DNA of 63,181 nucleotides, the filler included, from Rhabdomonas costata (Eukaryota), in NCBI GenBank assembly GCA_019059605.1. It is 51 parts of 51 records of this genome, joined end to end, with 100 filler letters (N's around TTAATTAATTAA, not from the genome) between each part and the next. Parts side by side here need not be neighbours in the genome. Positions count along the whole stretch, not along the records: positions 37,230 to 38,372 come from JAHMHO010026588.1; positions 38,473 to 39,611 come from JAHMHO010026589.1; positions 39,712 to 40,852 come from JAHMHO010026590.1; positions 40,953 to 42,093 come from JAHMHO010026591.1; positions 42,194 to 43,334 come from JAHMHO010026592.1; positions 43,435 to 44,574 come from JAHMHO010026593.1; positions 44,675 to 45,814 come from JAHMHO010026594.1; positions 45,915 to 47,055 come from JAHMHO010026595.1; 43 more parts are not named here. One strand, written 5' to 3'. Positions 38,063 through 50,776 of this stretch are shown piece by piece. A model generated the notes under the pieces. The model ran no database searches and was not told where the DNA came from. It worked only from the letters and a program-made list of their open reading frames with translations. Position numbers and translations under genes: made by a program. Every line of letters begins with the position of its first letter. Position 1 is the stretch's first letter.

Positions 38063-38141
38063 CTGAGTTGTTTCGTTCGGTGCCGCTGGTGGTCATCTTT
38101 GGGGGAACGGACGTCAACGAGATGTACCATGAGCCCGACAG
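38063..38141 (+). CDS. Exon of a GLT1D1-like GT-B glycosyltransferase
   Basis: AG...GT exon encoding ELFRSVPLVVIFGGTDVNEMYHEPD; compare GLT1D1 IPFGVIFGGTDVNE. Confidence 0.7.
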
Positions 38142-41100
38142 GTTCATTGGTTGATGGTCTTTTCTTAGCTCACTTTTCTTGGCTCACTTTGCCTTTTTTT
38201 TGTACACTTTTTTGTCTCATTGTTGCTAAGAAACGTTTCACATAATGTGAGCAGTTGTATTCCACCTCTCGCTCCCGCTGTCAGAACGCATACCAACGTA
38301 TGCTCCTCACCAAGGTCATCTTGTCAGCAGCGGTGAGACCAGGGACCATGCCCTTGGCTTGTGATTCCAACANNNNNNNNNNNNNNNNNNNNNNNNNNNN
38401 NNNNNNNNNNNNNNNNTTAATTAATTAANNNNNNNNNNNNNNNNNNNNNNNNNNNNNNNNNNNNNNNNNNNNTTGTGTGGTTGTGTGCTAACTTTGTTGT
38501 TAGTATGATGGAAGTCAGGCTGGTTCACGACCCGTACTCTGTGGAGACCCAGGCCGCTCGCAATACCTTCCACAGAGTACGGGTCGTGAACCAGCCTGAC
38601 TTCCATCATACTAACAACAAAGTTAGCACACAAGCACACACAGAAATACTCACTTTCCAAAAAACACGCGCAAGCAAAAAGTCAAAGAGGCTGCCGCCGG
38701 AAAGATGCATAGGTGCAAGGAAGGAAGCAGCTGCGACAGACCTGGGCGTGTGTGCTTGGAATAAGGGCAAGGGTTGTTCTTCTCTACGCTCTCAGAATTG
38801 CTACAATTTCTTTTTCGGACAAACTTGTTGACTGGCCGAATGGCTTGGGGCTTAGAGGACCGCATTAAGGCGGTTCAGCTTAACTTCAGAGAAAGAACCG
38901 TTGTGGCTAATTTTTGGTGGTTGATAAACAACGTCCCAAAACTCCCGGACACCCTAGTACCTACAACCATTACCTCCTCCCCCCTCTCACATCGCCCATG
39001 TTTCCCTCCGCACCGGCGCGCTGTGTGGCTGTGCCTCGGATGAAAGGCAGCAAACAACCAGGACAAGAATGGGTCGGGGCCCAAACAAATGCGCCAATAA
39101 TTGTTTTTGGGAAGAAATTGACCGATGTGATGGCATGAATACTGATTTGTATGAATACGTTGATAAATCGTATCAACGTTTAAATGAATATGAACCAAAT
39201 TGAAGCCTACGATTTACTTAACTATGTTATGCAGCCTTGAGTATATTTCCTGAACCACTTCGCGGAGGATTCCCTGCTGATTCGGTCTCCATCGAGCTCA
39301 GATTATTAGCTGACTATTTCGCAAGTTACTTCTGGTAGAACTGGAAAAAAAAACTGGCGCCAATTCAGTCCTGTTTCAGTTCTTGTCACCTCACTGTTTG
39401 AAAAAGTATTCTTTCCACTGCTTTGACTGCTGATAGAAGAGCGCGGTTTCAACGAGGACCCCACGGAAGGGCTTTCTGCCGGAGGAAAGCCAATTCAAAG
39501 GTCGACAGCGACACGCAAAATGTGACCTAAGTGGCCACAAACGTTGGTGCAAGAGTAGCCACGCAAGCAGGTACAACCACCATTACCGCTCTAAAGCGTA
39601 CAACACACACANNNNNNNNNNNNNNNNNNNNNNNNNNNNNNNNNNNNNNNNNNNNTTAATTAATTAANNNNNNNNNNNNNNNNNNNNNNNNNNNNNNNNN
39701 NNNNNNNNNNNTTTTGTTCTGCGGGGGATGGCGAGGCCCACTAAAACGCACAAGAACAAGAAACAACTGGCATCGAAGAAATTTTTACACTCAGTTTGTT
39801 GGTGGCCAGTTTGAGCGAACCATAGTTCAGATCAAGGTGTTTGGTTTGTACTGGTCTGAGACTTCCAAATAAGACTTCCAAATCACTTTCATATCATTCA
39901 CCATTTATCTTCATCTTTGTGTTTTTATTTGGCTGCTTGCGTTTGCTTCAAAGAGCGAAGCTGCCTCTGCATCTACGATCGCGCTTTTCAGGTTGGGAGT
40001 TCGTACTCGAACTCAAGTGCGGTCATTGGTGTGCTCTCAAGTGTGTTTCTGCTCTTCATTCTGGCCAACGCCTTGAAGCGCCTCATGGATGTGCAGACAA
40101 ATGACCGCATCAGCGAAAAGGACCCCAGGGAGCGTTGAGTTTTGATTATGCTAGAACGCTTTTCGGATGATGTGTCACCCTGCCCATTGTACTTGCACTC
40201 TTCCTCTCCCTGTGAACCTCAGACCTATCTGGGCTGCCAAAGTGTCCTCTGCTTTTTGAAGGTTCCGCAAGACTTTACAACATAGCATGCACAAAAGTAA
40301 CGTACTGTCGACAGAAAGAAAAAAATCACAATGAAAAGCAAAAGAACAGCGCGACCACCCACCAAAAGGAAGCATTGAAATGGAACAGTCCTTTTTCTGG
40401 AACAGAAACACATCGCTGAATCGCCAACCAGGAGCTTGTCCTTGTGTGTGATTTTTATGAGCGTGACTTTCATCTTTGCGAATGGACAAACAGGACGTGA
40501 ATCAGGGGAACGTGCAAGGTGAATCTCCCGTAGTTCTGCTTCGTCCAGGTCTCGGGTGATGTGAGTGAGAAGGAGAAGGACCTTGTCAGTGCGTGCGCCA
40601 CACACCCGCTTGAATAGGATGACACCACATTGGGCACACAACATCGACTGAAAAGATTCCGGCAAGGATCCCAGTGGTTGAAACAGATCTTTGAGGTGGG
40701 CTACCAGGCTGCCATGGTCCAGAGGGTGGATTGCATGGTTTCGACCTAAGTCAAACTGGCAACACGTGTCTTTTTCTGAATATGGGAATATGCGGGCCGA
40801 AGAGCTTGGAAAGAGCTTGGCCTCAAACGACGGACCGAACGACCAAACAGCCNNNNNNNNNNNNNNNNNNNNNNNNNNNNNNNNNNNNNNNNNNNNTTAA
40901 TTAATTAANNNNNNNNNNNNNNNNNNNNNNNNNNNNNNNNNNNNNNNNNNNNGGGGGGTGGGTCAATCGCTTTTCGGTACGAGAGCTCCAACAGAAGATG
41001 ATACACGGGAAAGATGGCGCTTACTTTATGCATTGTTCATACCTATTTCGAAAAACACTCCAAAGGAACAGGTGACGAGTTGTAAGATTTCCGGGTAGAG

Positions 41101-41150
41101 GGACACAACTGCAGAAACTAAGGTATAAAAAAGTATTAAAAACGTTATAC

Positions 41151-41981
41151 CTCATCAGCTCGGTCAACATGGTGGGGTTGTAGCTGACCTTGCGGCCCAT
41201 CACATGGCAGAGGTCGTCGGGGATCAGGTCGGTGTCCAGGATGCGCTGCGCCAGGCCCTGGCTCTGCAGGAACTCTCGCACGTCCTGCGCGGTGAGCTCC
41301 CCCAGCCTGACTCGAGAAACCCCTTTCGGAAGGGCGCGGACGCACCCCTCCTCCACAAACAGCACCTTTGAAAAATGGGAGTGACACGGAATAAGATGTC
41401 GACTTCACAGAAGAGGATCCCAAATGTTCTGAATTGCTGTCATCTGACTTAAATAAATGACGAGGGCCAGGTCAAAGCATACCATTGCGTGTAAACATTT
41501 TTGATTTGCAACATTAGCACAATGCAATGAAAACCGCGGAGACAGAGGCCTACACGGCTGGATGCAAGACACAGAATTAAATGATTGCAGCAACACTGGC
41601 GCGAAAGCGCAATTAGCTCATTGTAAATCCAGACCACGGCTGATTGTATTTGAGTTTCCAAGGCTGGAAACCACTGAGCAACGACGCTGGAGCGTGGGCC
41701 CTGCTGTGGTGTTCCCAGTTTTCTTTTTTGGCGAACTATTGGACCGGTTGAATTTTCGTCTTGGGCACAGCAGAGGTCTTTCATCAATCATAGAGATCTC
41801 CAAGACCCCGCCAAGTGACCTGTAGAAAGGGCTGAGCTCCCTCGCAGGCCCACAGGTGGAGCTGGTCGGTGAGCTCCTGTGAGCGGATGTCCATGTTGTG
41901 GGCGTCGTCGATCACCAGGGCCAGGCAGCGGGCCCGTGCGGTGAAAGCCTGCAGCAGCTGCCTCACCAGGGCCCCAGCGGC
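41151..41981 (-). CDS. STAND NTPase domain of the soluble-adenylyl-cyclase (ADCY10-like) type, two exons
   Basis: Exon 41820-41981 has Walker B LALVIDDAHNMDIRSQEL; exon 41151-41365 has VRLGELT...IPDDLCHVMGRKVSYNPTMLTEL, the GxP-equivalent segment. Confidence 0.7.
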
Positions 41982-44674
41982 CTGCAGGTCTTGGTCCGCC
42001 TCGACAGGCTTTTCTGAGAGTCAATAATACCAAAAACGGAGAGACTAGGAACCATTTGAAGACCTCAAATGTCGTAACTTATACCCCACACACNNNNNNN
42101 NNNNNNNNNNNNNNNNNNNNNNNNNNNNNNNNNNNNNTTAATTAATTAANNNNNNNNNNNNNNNNNNNNNNNNNNNNNNNNNNNNNNNNNNNNGGGGTGT
42201 GGTCACGGCCAATATTTCACTGATCTATTTGTTTTCGAAGTACCGGGAAAAGAATGGTACAGAATGGTGGTTTTGCGGTGGGTTCATGGGTTTGGAGGAA
42301 GATTGAGGAATAGTCAGGTATAAACAATTGCTCAGATCGTTGGTCAAAGTGCCTTTTCCCACCCGCCACCCTCAGTGTGCCATTCCCCGCTATCGAAGAC
42401 AAGACGCCCACCGGAGGGACCGACTGCATCTAGCAACTCGGTGTCATGTGGAGGCTTCCAGGCAGAGGGCCGCCGGTTTTGCTTTGTATGTCAGCCAATG
42501 ACTCAAAAGCCCGCAAAGTACTGCCCACTTTTCGCTGATGGCAAATCACAAAACAGCGAAATTGGGTTGCCCAACGGGGGTCTCTGCCTGCAATCCACGC
42601 ATCAAAAACTCCGGCTGGCATTTCGACGGTGGGCGCACAGCTACGCAACGTTAGTCGGGGGCTGATGAGGGTACCGCTGGCGCTTCGCGCAAACGCCTGT
42701 ATCTGGAAATGCGGTAATGTCTGCGTTGAAACTTACTACTATGTTTTTGGCGAAACGCACATTTATAACAGTGCTTGTAGGTTCCAATCACATTTTCCCT
42801 CTGTTTTCTTAGCGTGCTTAGTCCAACTCACACCTGGTGATTCATCCGACGACTCGTCTTTCTTTTGTTTGCCCCCAAACCTCCGTTAGAATTTTTTATT
42901 ATGTTTTTTTTTGCGTTCTAAACAGGTGTGTGTGCGGGTGGATTTCTTCAGAAACCGATTATATAAATTTGATTGTTAACCTTTCTTTGGGGTCACCCCT
43001 ACCCCAAATCCTCTAAGGCGGTGTGCCGTTCACCCGCCTAGGACCTAATCCGTCACAGCCACCAAGGTCTTCAGGCGACCGTCTTCGCCCAAGCGGGGCG
43101 CACTCTGTGACAGCGTCGGAGCCCTGTGAACCACGCCGTACGCAACGTGCCCTCCGCCATGGGGGTCATGGATAACGTGGCCATTCAAGCACGAGTGTCT
43201 CCGCCAACGCCCAGGACACATGGAGATCCTGCTTTTTTTTTAAAAAAAAAGAAGGTGATTATTTTCCCTCTTCTGCACAATTCTGCGAAACCCCACCTTA
43301 AGTCTTTTACCCAATGTTCTGTAACAAAACCAACNNNNNNNNNNNNNNNNNNNNNNNNNNNNNNNNNNNNNNNNNNNNTTAATTAATTAANNNNNNNNNN
43401 NNNNNNNNNNNNNNNNNNNNNNNNNNNNNNNNNNGGGTTGGTGGTCTCTTATTCGGTAAGGTTTTTTCGGACCGCTGCACTTCCTCGTCCTTCGATGCGC
43501 CCTTCGATGCGCTCTTTCGATGCGCACAAGAATGCTGTGATGCAAATGATCCCCCCAAGCAGTGGTTTTTCCTATCTCTTATTCATTGTATACATGCACT
43601 TCCGATCTTTCCCAAGAGGCACGCGTTGTTCGCCTGCACCTCAATTGATGTGATTTCTTCATATTACCGTTTTTCTCTTCTTGCTGAGTGTTTTGCAGGA
43701 CCGTCGCAGTGCTATGTTACGCTAAGAATGTGTGAAGGAATATCACCTCAGCTGGATTACCCTGCTTCTCAACACTCCCAAGCTCCCACCCTTTTTTATG
43801 CCGGGGGGGGGGTTCCCTGGAGGTTCCCCCGCTTGATGTGTTGGAGCAAGATGACAAAGGCATTGGGACAGTTGTGACGAAACATCGCTGATTGATTTGG
43901 AATCCGTGCAGCTTGGCATGCTGCCAGTTCTTGTGTATCTCAGACACACACAGTCAGTTTTAGAAAAAGGAAAGAGAGAGAGTAGGGCCTTTTCCTTTTT
44001 GAAGTTCACGTTGGTCTCTTCACTTTTTGTTTCCTCTGTGTGTGTGGGTGTGTTTAGCACTGGGCGCGATTGAGAGTGATTTAGAGGGCTTGTGCGGAGC
44101 AAGTACTCTGCCTCTACATTTTAACATTTTGTTCTACGACATGTTCTGATTTGCTCAGGCTTTCCTCTTTGCTTTGAGATGGAGCTGAGTGGTGGTACAA
44201 CATCCGCAGCCGAAAAGCCCACAATTTAAATTCACCTAAAGACAGGAGAAATACAGCTCGAAAGAAGTTGGAGTGCTGAATAGAAACCCACTTTGCATAG
44301 TGGTTTATGAACAATACCTGGGTTTCCATCCTCGTTCACCTTGATGAGTGAAAACGTTTTCCACTGTCAAAATAAATAGAGCGGAAACCCGAATCTATTC
44401 ATTAGTTCTGTGCTTGTGTTTCCGTTTGCTATCGGTGAATATCATTTTTTAAAACCCCACTGAAATTTAAGCCCCAGTTTCACTCGGGAGCAAACACAAG
44501 TTCCCGAAGGAAACTGGGGCTTAAATTTCAGTGGGCTTTTAAAAAATGATATTCACCGATAGCAAACAACAACANNNNNNNNNNNNNNNNNNNNNNNNNN
44601 NNNNNNNNNNNNNNNNNNTTAATTAATTAANNNNNNNNNNNNNNNNNNNNNNNNNNNNNNNNNNNNNNNNNNNN

Positions 44675-45657
44675 GTGTGGTGGGCGAGGACTTCGGGACC
44701 TAACTCAATGCACACCATATGAAAGGTCCCTCGGGTCGTCAGCTCCAGTGGACCAGTGTCAAGATGGAGTATGACGGGGCGGCCTCCAGGCAGATCGGAG
44801 CACAAGATCTCCGTCTTCCCGAGGTGCAGCGGGAGGCCCAGCAGCTGGCACCAGTGGTGGTAGGCGTTGACAAGCACCTGCACATCCTGCAGTGTGGTGG
44901 TGAGGAGGCAGACATCGTCCGCAAAGCTGCTTGAGGCGAGGTACTCACCGTCCAGCTCAACTCCGAGCTGCTGGGAGGCAGCCCAACGATAGAAGGGCTC
45001 GAAGAACACGATCATCAGGTCAGGGCTGGCAGGACAGCCTTGGGCGAGTCCGTTAGCCATACTCCAATTGGAGCCATCTAGTTGGCCGTAACGGAAGTGC
45101 TGCTGCAACCCCGCGTAGAAGTTCTGAAAGGCCCGTATCACCACAGCCGGGATTCCAGCCTCTTTCATCACCCCTAAGAGCGACCACCAGGGGATCGACT
45201 GGAAGCACTTCGTGACATTGAACTTCACTAGCCACAGAGGTTGGCCGCGGCGTCGCTGAAGCTCAATGACGTCAGAGAGGAGCTGACAGAGATGCAGCAT
45301 GCTGGCCTGGGCGCTGAACCACATGGCTTCGGGGCCAAGGTAAGTTCCTTGAAGAGTCTGGGCCAAGCTCTGCGTGATGCTCTTCGCCAAAAGCCTACAG
45401 ACTACGTCCAACACTGTGATGGGATGCTGGTCTTGGGTACGAGAACCACCTGAGGCCTTGGGGATCATCGCGACATAGGCCTTCAGCAACTCCTCTGGCC
45501 AAATGCCCTCGGACTCCACCAGGTTCAAAAGGTCCGCCACGCTTTGCAGAAAGCTATAGTGAAATACTTCCAGACAGCAATGTGGATGGCCAGGAAGCCA
45601 TGAGAGGAGCTGTATCGCATGGCACCGAGCGCCCAGCGGACGCGATCCAAAGTCCAC
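44675..45657 (-). pseudogene. Non-LTR retrotransposon reverse transcriptase, degenerate
   Basis: WPEELLKAYVAMIPK...HPITVL...NVTKCFQSI...GLAQGCPASP...SFADD are LINE RT motifs; the first catalytic Asp is replaced by Asn. Confidence 0.93.
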
Positions 45658-45920
45658 TGGTCATGAGTCGCAGTGGGGAATGTAGTGGAAGAAGCAGGAA
45701 GCCCGAAACGTCTCCATCGAGCTGGGCCATCGACTGTCGCATGCATCCGCCAAACACCGTGTACCCAATATTGGCATCGTCCACCGCTGCAACTGAGCAG
45801 CACTGCGCTCCCGTNNNNNNNNNNNNNNNNNNNNNNNNNNNNNNNNNNNNNNNNNNNNTTAATTAATTAANNNNNNNNNNNNNNNNNNNNNNNNNNNNNN
45901 NNNNNNNNNNNNNNGTGGTT

Positions 45921-45983
45921 TGTGTGTGTGTGTGTGCGTGTCTTGGGCGCATTACGCACTGGCTGTTGCCTGGTTGGCTGGTT
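45921..45983 (-). repeat. Dispersed repeat ending in (CA)n, copy 2
   Basis: Reverse complement of 37537-37599 with a few substitutions. Confidence 0.85.
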
Positions 45984-47798
45984 TGCTTGCTTGGTTGTGT
46001 GTGTGTGTCTCCAATTTTTTTTTGCATCCGTTTCCGGGAAGATACACGCTGCACACGGCTGTTCGGGTGGCAAGCTCTTAAATTGAAATCAAACGCCACA
46101 CTTTGCACCAGTCGAGCCCGGAAACTGCCACCGCCAGCAATTTGCTATAACTATAATAACTATAATCTTGGACTCCAACTTTCGTTTGTGAATGAAAGAA
46201 TAAAGCATGTCTCGTATAGAAAGCAGTCTTGCAACGTGTGAGTCCCAAAGACAGAGTTCTCAGTGACACTTTAACCACAAAATTGGAGAAACAATCATGA
46301 AAGTCGAAGACGGCCAAGTTCGCAGGTGCACTGAGAAGCACACCTGAGCAGTTATAAACGGGAAACTACAAAGCTTCTAAGCAACCAAAAGTCAAATAAT
46401 GACAGGACATCAAGTGGAGAGGAAACACAATTGAAGAGCAGAGAAAAACAGCAACTGGAAGGAGTCAAATCTGCGTCGCCAAAGCTACCCAATAGAGGTT
46501 CGGCGCACGGAGCAGTTTCAGTGCCCGCACACACGTGAGCCTCCCTATCATTTGCCTATCAATTGCAGAAAGGCAAAAAAGAGCCCCAGGCACACGACGT
46601 AAACCACGCAGCGAATAATCCCCCAAAAAACGCGTGACTCATCTGAGTTCTCACCCAGAGCCCGCCTCAAGGATTCATCGGATCTGTGGTCGTACTGCGC
46701 GGCAACGTCAGAACGAAGACCATAATCACCAGCTCGAGGTCGAATTTGGGAGAAGCGGCCCGCCAGACCTCCAGAAGCCTCCGCGGCGTCCATTGGATTT
46801 ATAAATTGAATGCTGCCGTCAACAAAAAACAATCAGACAGCCATGGATGAATCTCCAGGTTCAAGAAACGCCGTTAAGAGCGACTCCAACACAGACAACC
46901 TTGGGAGGTTTACCCCAAAACTGTTTTTTTTACCGTACATACAAAAGACCCCGGGCCTGCTTCGGCTTTGCCCTCAAAGGGTTAGCGGCTATTTTTTTAG
47001 ATAAGATATAATCATCATCGACTCCAACACAGACAACCTTGGGAGGTTTACCCCANNNNNNNNNNNNNNNNNNNNNNNNNNNNNNNNNNNNNNNNNNNNT
47101 TAATTAATTAANNNNNNNNNNNNNNNNNNNNNNNNNNNNNNNNNNNNNNNNNNNNTGGGGTTATTTCTCCGCCTTTGCGGTCATCTCTTGACTTCCGCTG
47201 CGTGCGCACACTAAAAATGCTGGAGCTGTTTGGTGGATGCAAAAGTGGATGGAGCTCCTCCTGCCCCACCGAGGTTTGATGACTCTGTGGGGGGAACTAT
47301 CATGAGGAAGATCAGAAACGTATCATTGGAAGCAGATTTTCGATCTGCCAGGAGAGCCAGAGATGGGACCGGGCATCGTTCTGAACGCGAGAACTCGAGC
47401 TACTGTCCTTTTTCTCCAGATTGATGACCCCCATGATGAAACCCATGTCCCGCGAATTGTTGCAGAGGGTTGACAGATTTTATCCATGGTCTCGACTACT
47501 ACACATTTCTTGCGCAATTTTTTCCTCTCACTTACTGCATGCTGAGTTCTGCCACTAGGTTTTGGCGGGCTACTCTCATCGGCCTTCCTCCCTCCTTGGC
47601 TCACTTTCGGTGGGCGGCGGTGTGGCATTATCAACAATCAACAATGCTCTGACCAGCTCGATGCCAATCCAATCAGTTGACTCGCAAGGCCTCTGTGCAA
47701 GTTGGGAAGGAAACCCTCACGGACCCTCCATTCTTTCTGTCCAGCTGATTTCAAGTTCCAATCTCACTTGCGTTGGCGATTTACCTCTCACCTCTCAG

Positions 47799-48163
47799 AG
47801 CTGTTTGACCACATCCTGAGCTTCCAGGAGGGACTGCATGACGATCTGGTGATCATGCGCGCCCTTCGAGCCGACCGCGCCGCTCGTCGGCTGACCCCCC
47901 GGGAGCTCCTGGGGGGCTCTGTATTCGCTGACCAGCTGTGCCGCTCCATCGCCGCGATGGTGGGCCCCGAGGAAGTGGACGAGGAGATCTTGCGGCAGCG
48001 GCAGCGGGAGCTGGAGCGGGACATTGGGTTGGTTCGCGTGTGGAACTTCCGTGGGATAGGGCTCGGCCTCACCCATTCCGTCGTGGAGCAAAGGTTGGCA
48101 CCGGCCTTGGCAGACGCCGGGCTGAGCCCAGCGCTGTTTCCCAGCAGTGCTGCCATGAAGTAA
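47799..48163 (+). CDS. Terminal exon of a hypothetical protein
   Basis: Acceptor CTCTCAG, GC3-rich open frame ELFDHILSFQEGLHDDL...AAMK-stop; no family recognised. Confidence 0.5.
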
Positions 48164-50200
48164 CCCTCCCCCCTGCTCCCCATTCCCCATCTCTGTACAG
48201 GCCTTTCTATGGCACCAACCTGCCAAGCCATGATACCACCCTTGAGACAGAAACCGTGACACTCAACCCCTCACAACAGCAGGAAACACACCCANNNNNN
48301 NNNNNNNNNNNNNNNNNNNNNNNNNNNNNNNNNNNNNNTTAATTAATTAANNNNNNNNNNNNNNNNNNNNNNNNNNNNNNNNNNNNNNNNNNNNTTTGTT
48401 TGGTGTTTGTGTGCCGTGGGAGAACCCTGAGAACTCGGACTGGTTTGACATCGCCCTGGCGCAGGAGCAAGACGAGACCAGTGTGGCTGTGTCTTCACGT
48501 GAAGGTGTGGGAATGAGTGTGGGTGTGTGCATGTGTGTGCCTTTAGAAGGAAAAGTGGGGTTTGTTCAAAGATGAGGTAGGTCATGCCAATTTTTCCTCT
48601 TCACGTCACAGGGGAGAGTTCCTTTTTTTAACAGTGAATGGAAAATGTAGATGTTGCTTGCTTGGGAAACTGAGGCAAACTCCACCCAATACATTTTCCA
48701 ATACATTGGAGAATCATGAGAACTGAATCAGGACCCAATTAGACTTTTCTCAATTCTTTTGCGAGTGCCAAAGGTATAACCCGTGGTGACACCCGAGAGC
48801 TTTCATGTCGAGTTTTCCGGTGAGTTCTCAGAAAAGATCAGTCGTCACCGCCACACCGCCATTTATAGGGTTGCAAGATTTCTCATGAACCACGATAAAG
48901 GCGTAAACCAGTTTGCCAAATAAAACATACCCAACGCAAAGTCAGCAGTGTGGGAGCGTTTCCAACCTCGCAACCCCAGAGGTCTTTAATCGAGCCCCAT
49001 CTGTACCCACATCGCAAAACCAAGTCCCCTCATGACAGATACGATACAAGCAACTATCGTTAACTGCCCCAACCCCAGTCGTCCGTGTACGTGTTTTGTG
49101 GACATGCGAACGTGTGGCTGTGGTGGCTCTTGGATGCTACAGCGTCCAACCACGAGGCCTTTTTGGCGGGCAGCACTTCTCCCTCAGGTAGGCTCACCTT
49201 TTTCTCCCTCCGCCCCAACAATTCCTTCCGTGTACATGGACCCCTCATCCTGCAACCCCTCATCGTCAGTGTATTTTTTAAGGGCGGATGTGCAAAGAAG
49301 AAACGTGGAGGTGCTGGTTGCTGGGCTGGCCGGATATTTACCTTAACCCTAACCCGAACACTGACCCTCGCTCTCTCCCTCTCCTTTTGTTTGTGTTCCT
49401 GCCTGCTCGATTGAGCAGAACTCTGGACATATGGTGCTGTATCTTCGTTGCGTTACAATAAATGCCGCTAGCCGGATTCATTTCCCCGCAGCAGCGGATG
49501 GATCCTGCTAGCGGCATTTATTGTAACCCAACACCNNNNNNNNNNNNNNNNNNNNNNNNNNNNNNNNNNNNNNNNNNNNTTAATTAATTAANNNNNNNNN
49601 NNNNNNNNNNNNNNNNNNNNNNNNNNNNNNNNNNNTGTTTGCCTCGCCCTGAGAACAAGACGTTCTCAGGGCGAGGCGAACACCAAGCATTTTCAATTCA
49701 AATATGAGTTTCTCGGACGCGAAAGCTTTGTGGGGCTGTGATTGGTTAAGGGATGGCCAAAGGTGGACCCTTGGGGCATTGGGATTTTTTGTACAGTATA
49801 CGTCAACGGCTATTGGCCGCTGGTCGGCTGGTGGACGACATTGGCCAGCCGAATTCTCCGGAGAGAAGGTTTTTTCATGTTTTTTGTTTGATCATTTGCG
49901 TGAACTTCGGCAGGTTTATTCCGAAACACTTTGCACTGTAACTTCTACAGGACTTCGGATCCTGTCTCTGCCCATGCCACGAAGAAAAAGACCTTCCGAA
50001 AAAATATCCACCACAGCACACTGTGTGCATGCAAAACGAGAATGTGCCTGTTGACCATCACAGCACCGTTGTGTACCGTGGAATTCTTTGCTTTATAAAT
50101 AAGGACTTTTTAACCTTCGGAAAGCGAGTTGTTTGGGATTCCTGAAATGCGTGATGCGTTCATGAGTGTTGGTGATTTTTTCATTTCCGTTTTTCCCAAG

Positions 50201-50776
50201 GTTGCCGAAGTCAGCTGTTGAGGAGAAGAGATTTTTTCGCTTGTACGAGGATTTGTTTCTGGAACTATCCAGGAACGAGCCGAGGAGTGTCACTGTAGAT
50301 CTTTGTGGATCAACTCGTCCGGAAGTGAAAGCCAGCTTGTTGAAGGCTTTGATCACAGGGCAAGGCCACTTTCCCTGCCGGAAGTTAATTTTTGCCCATC
50401 GCCACAGGAAAGCCCGCCTTGAGGAGCTAATCCGGGGTATATGTGTCCTCAGTGGCTCCCAGCAAGAGTTTTGTCCAGTGCTGCTCAAACTGGATCTTTT
50501 TGAGCAACAGCTCGAGGTCGATGCCGTGGATCGGATGTTTACTCAGTTGGCAGCTTGCACCGCATTTTCCAAGGTTGACTTGGACCTTCGTCACTCAGGG
50601 TTTTGCCCCTCCTCCCTGAAGACCTTGACGGCCTTCATCGCCCCTTTGACGGCTTTGTCGCTCAAAGCGAATGGATTGGAGGTGGGAGGTCCTGGTATAA
50701 ACCAGCTTGTAGAGTTTTGCGGGCTATCGGCGCCAGGTTTGCTTGAGCTGGTTTATACCAGGACCTCCCACCCCCC
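50201..50776 (+). CDS. Exon of an RNI-like leucine-rich-repeat protein
   Basis: Pyrimidine tract + AG, then an open frame with LLKLDL, DLDLRHSGF and LTALSLKANGL. Confidence 0.6.

Noticed and set aside
46881-47055. ~37-nt direct repeat (46881-46916 and 47019-47055) as a CRISPR repeat or LTR
   Set aside because: Only two copies, one at the contig end; likely an assembly or amplification duplication.
49341-49368. CCTTAACCCTAACCCGAA as a telomere
   Set aside because: Only a few degenerate internal units.
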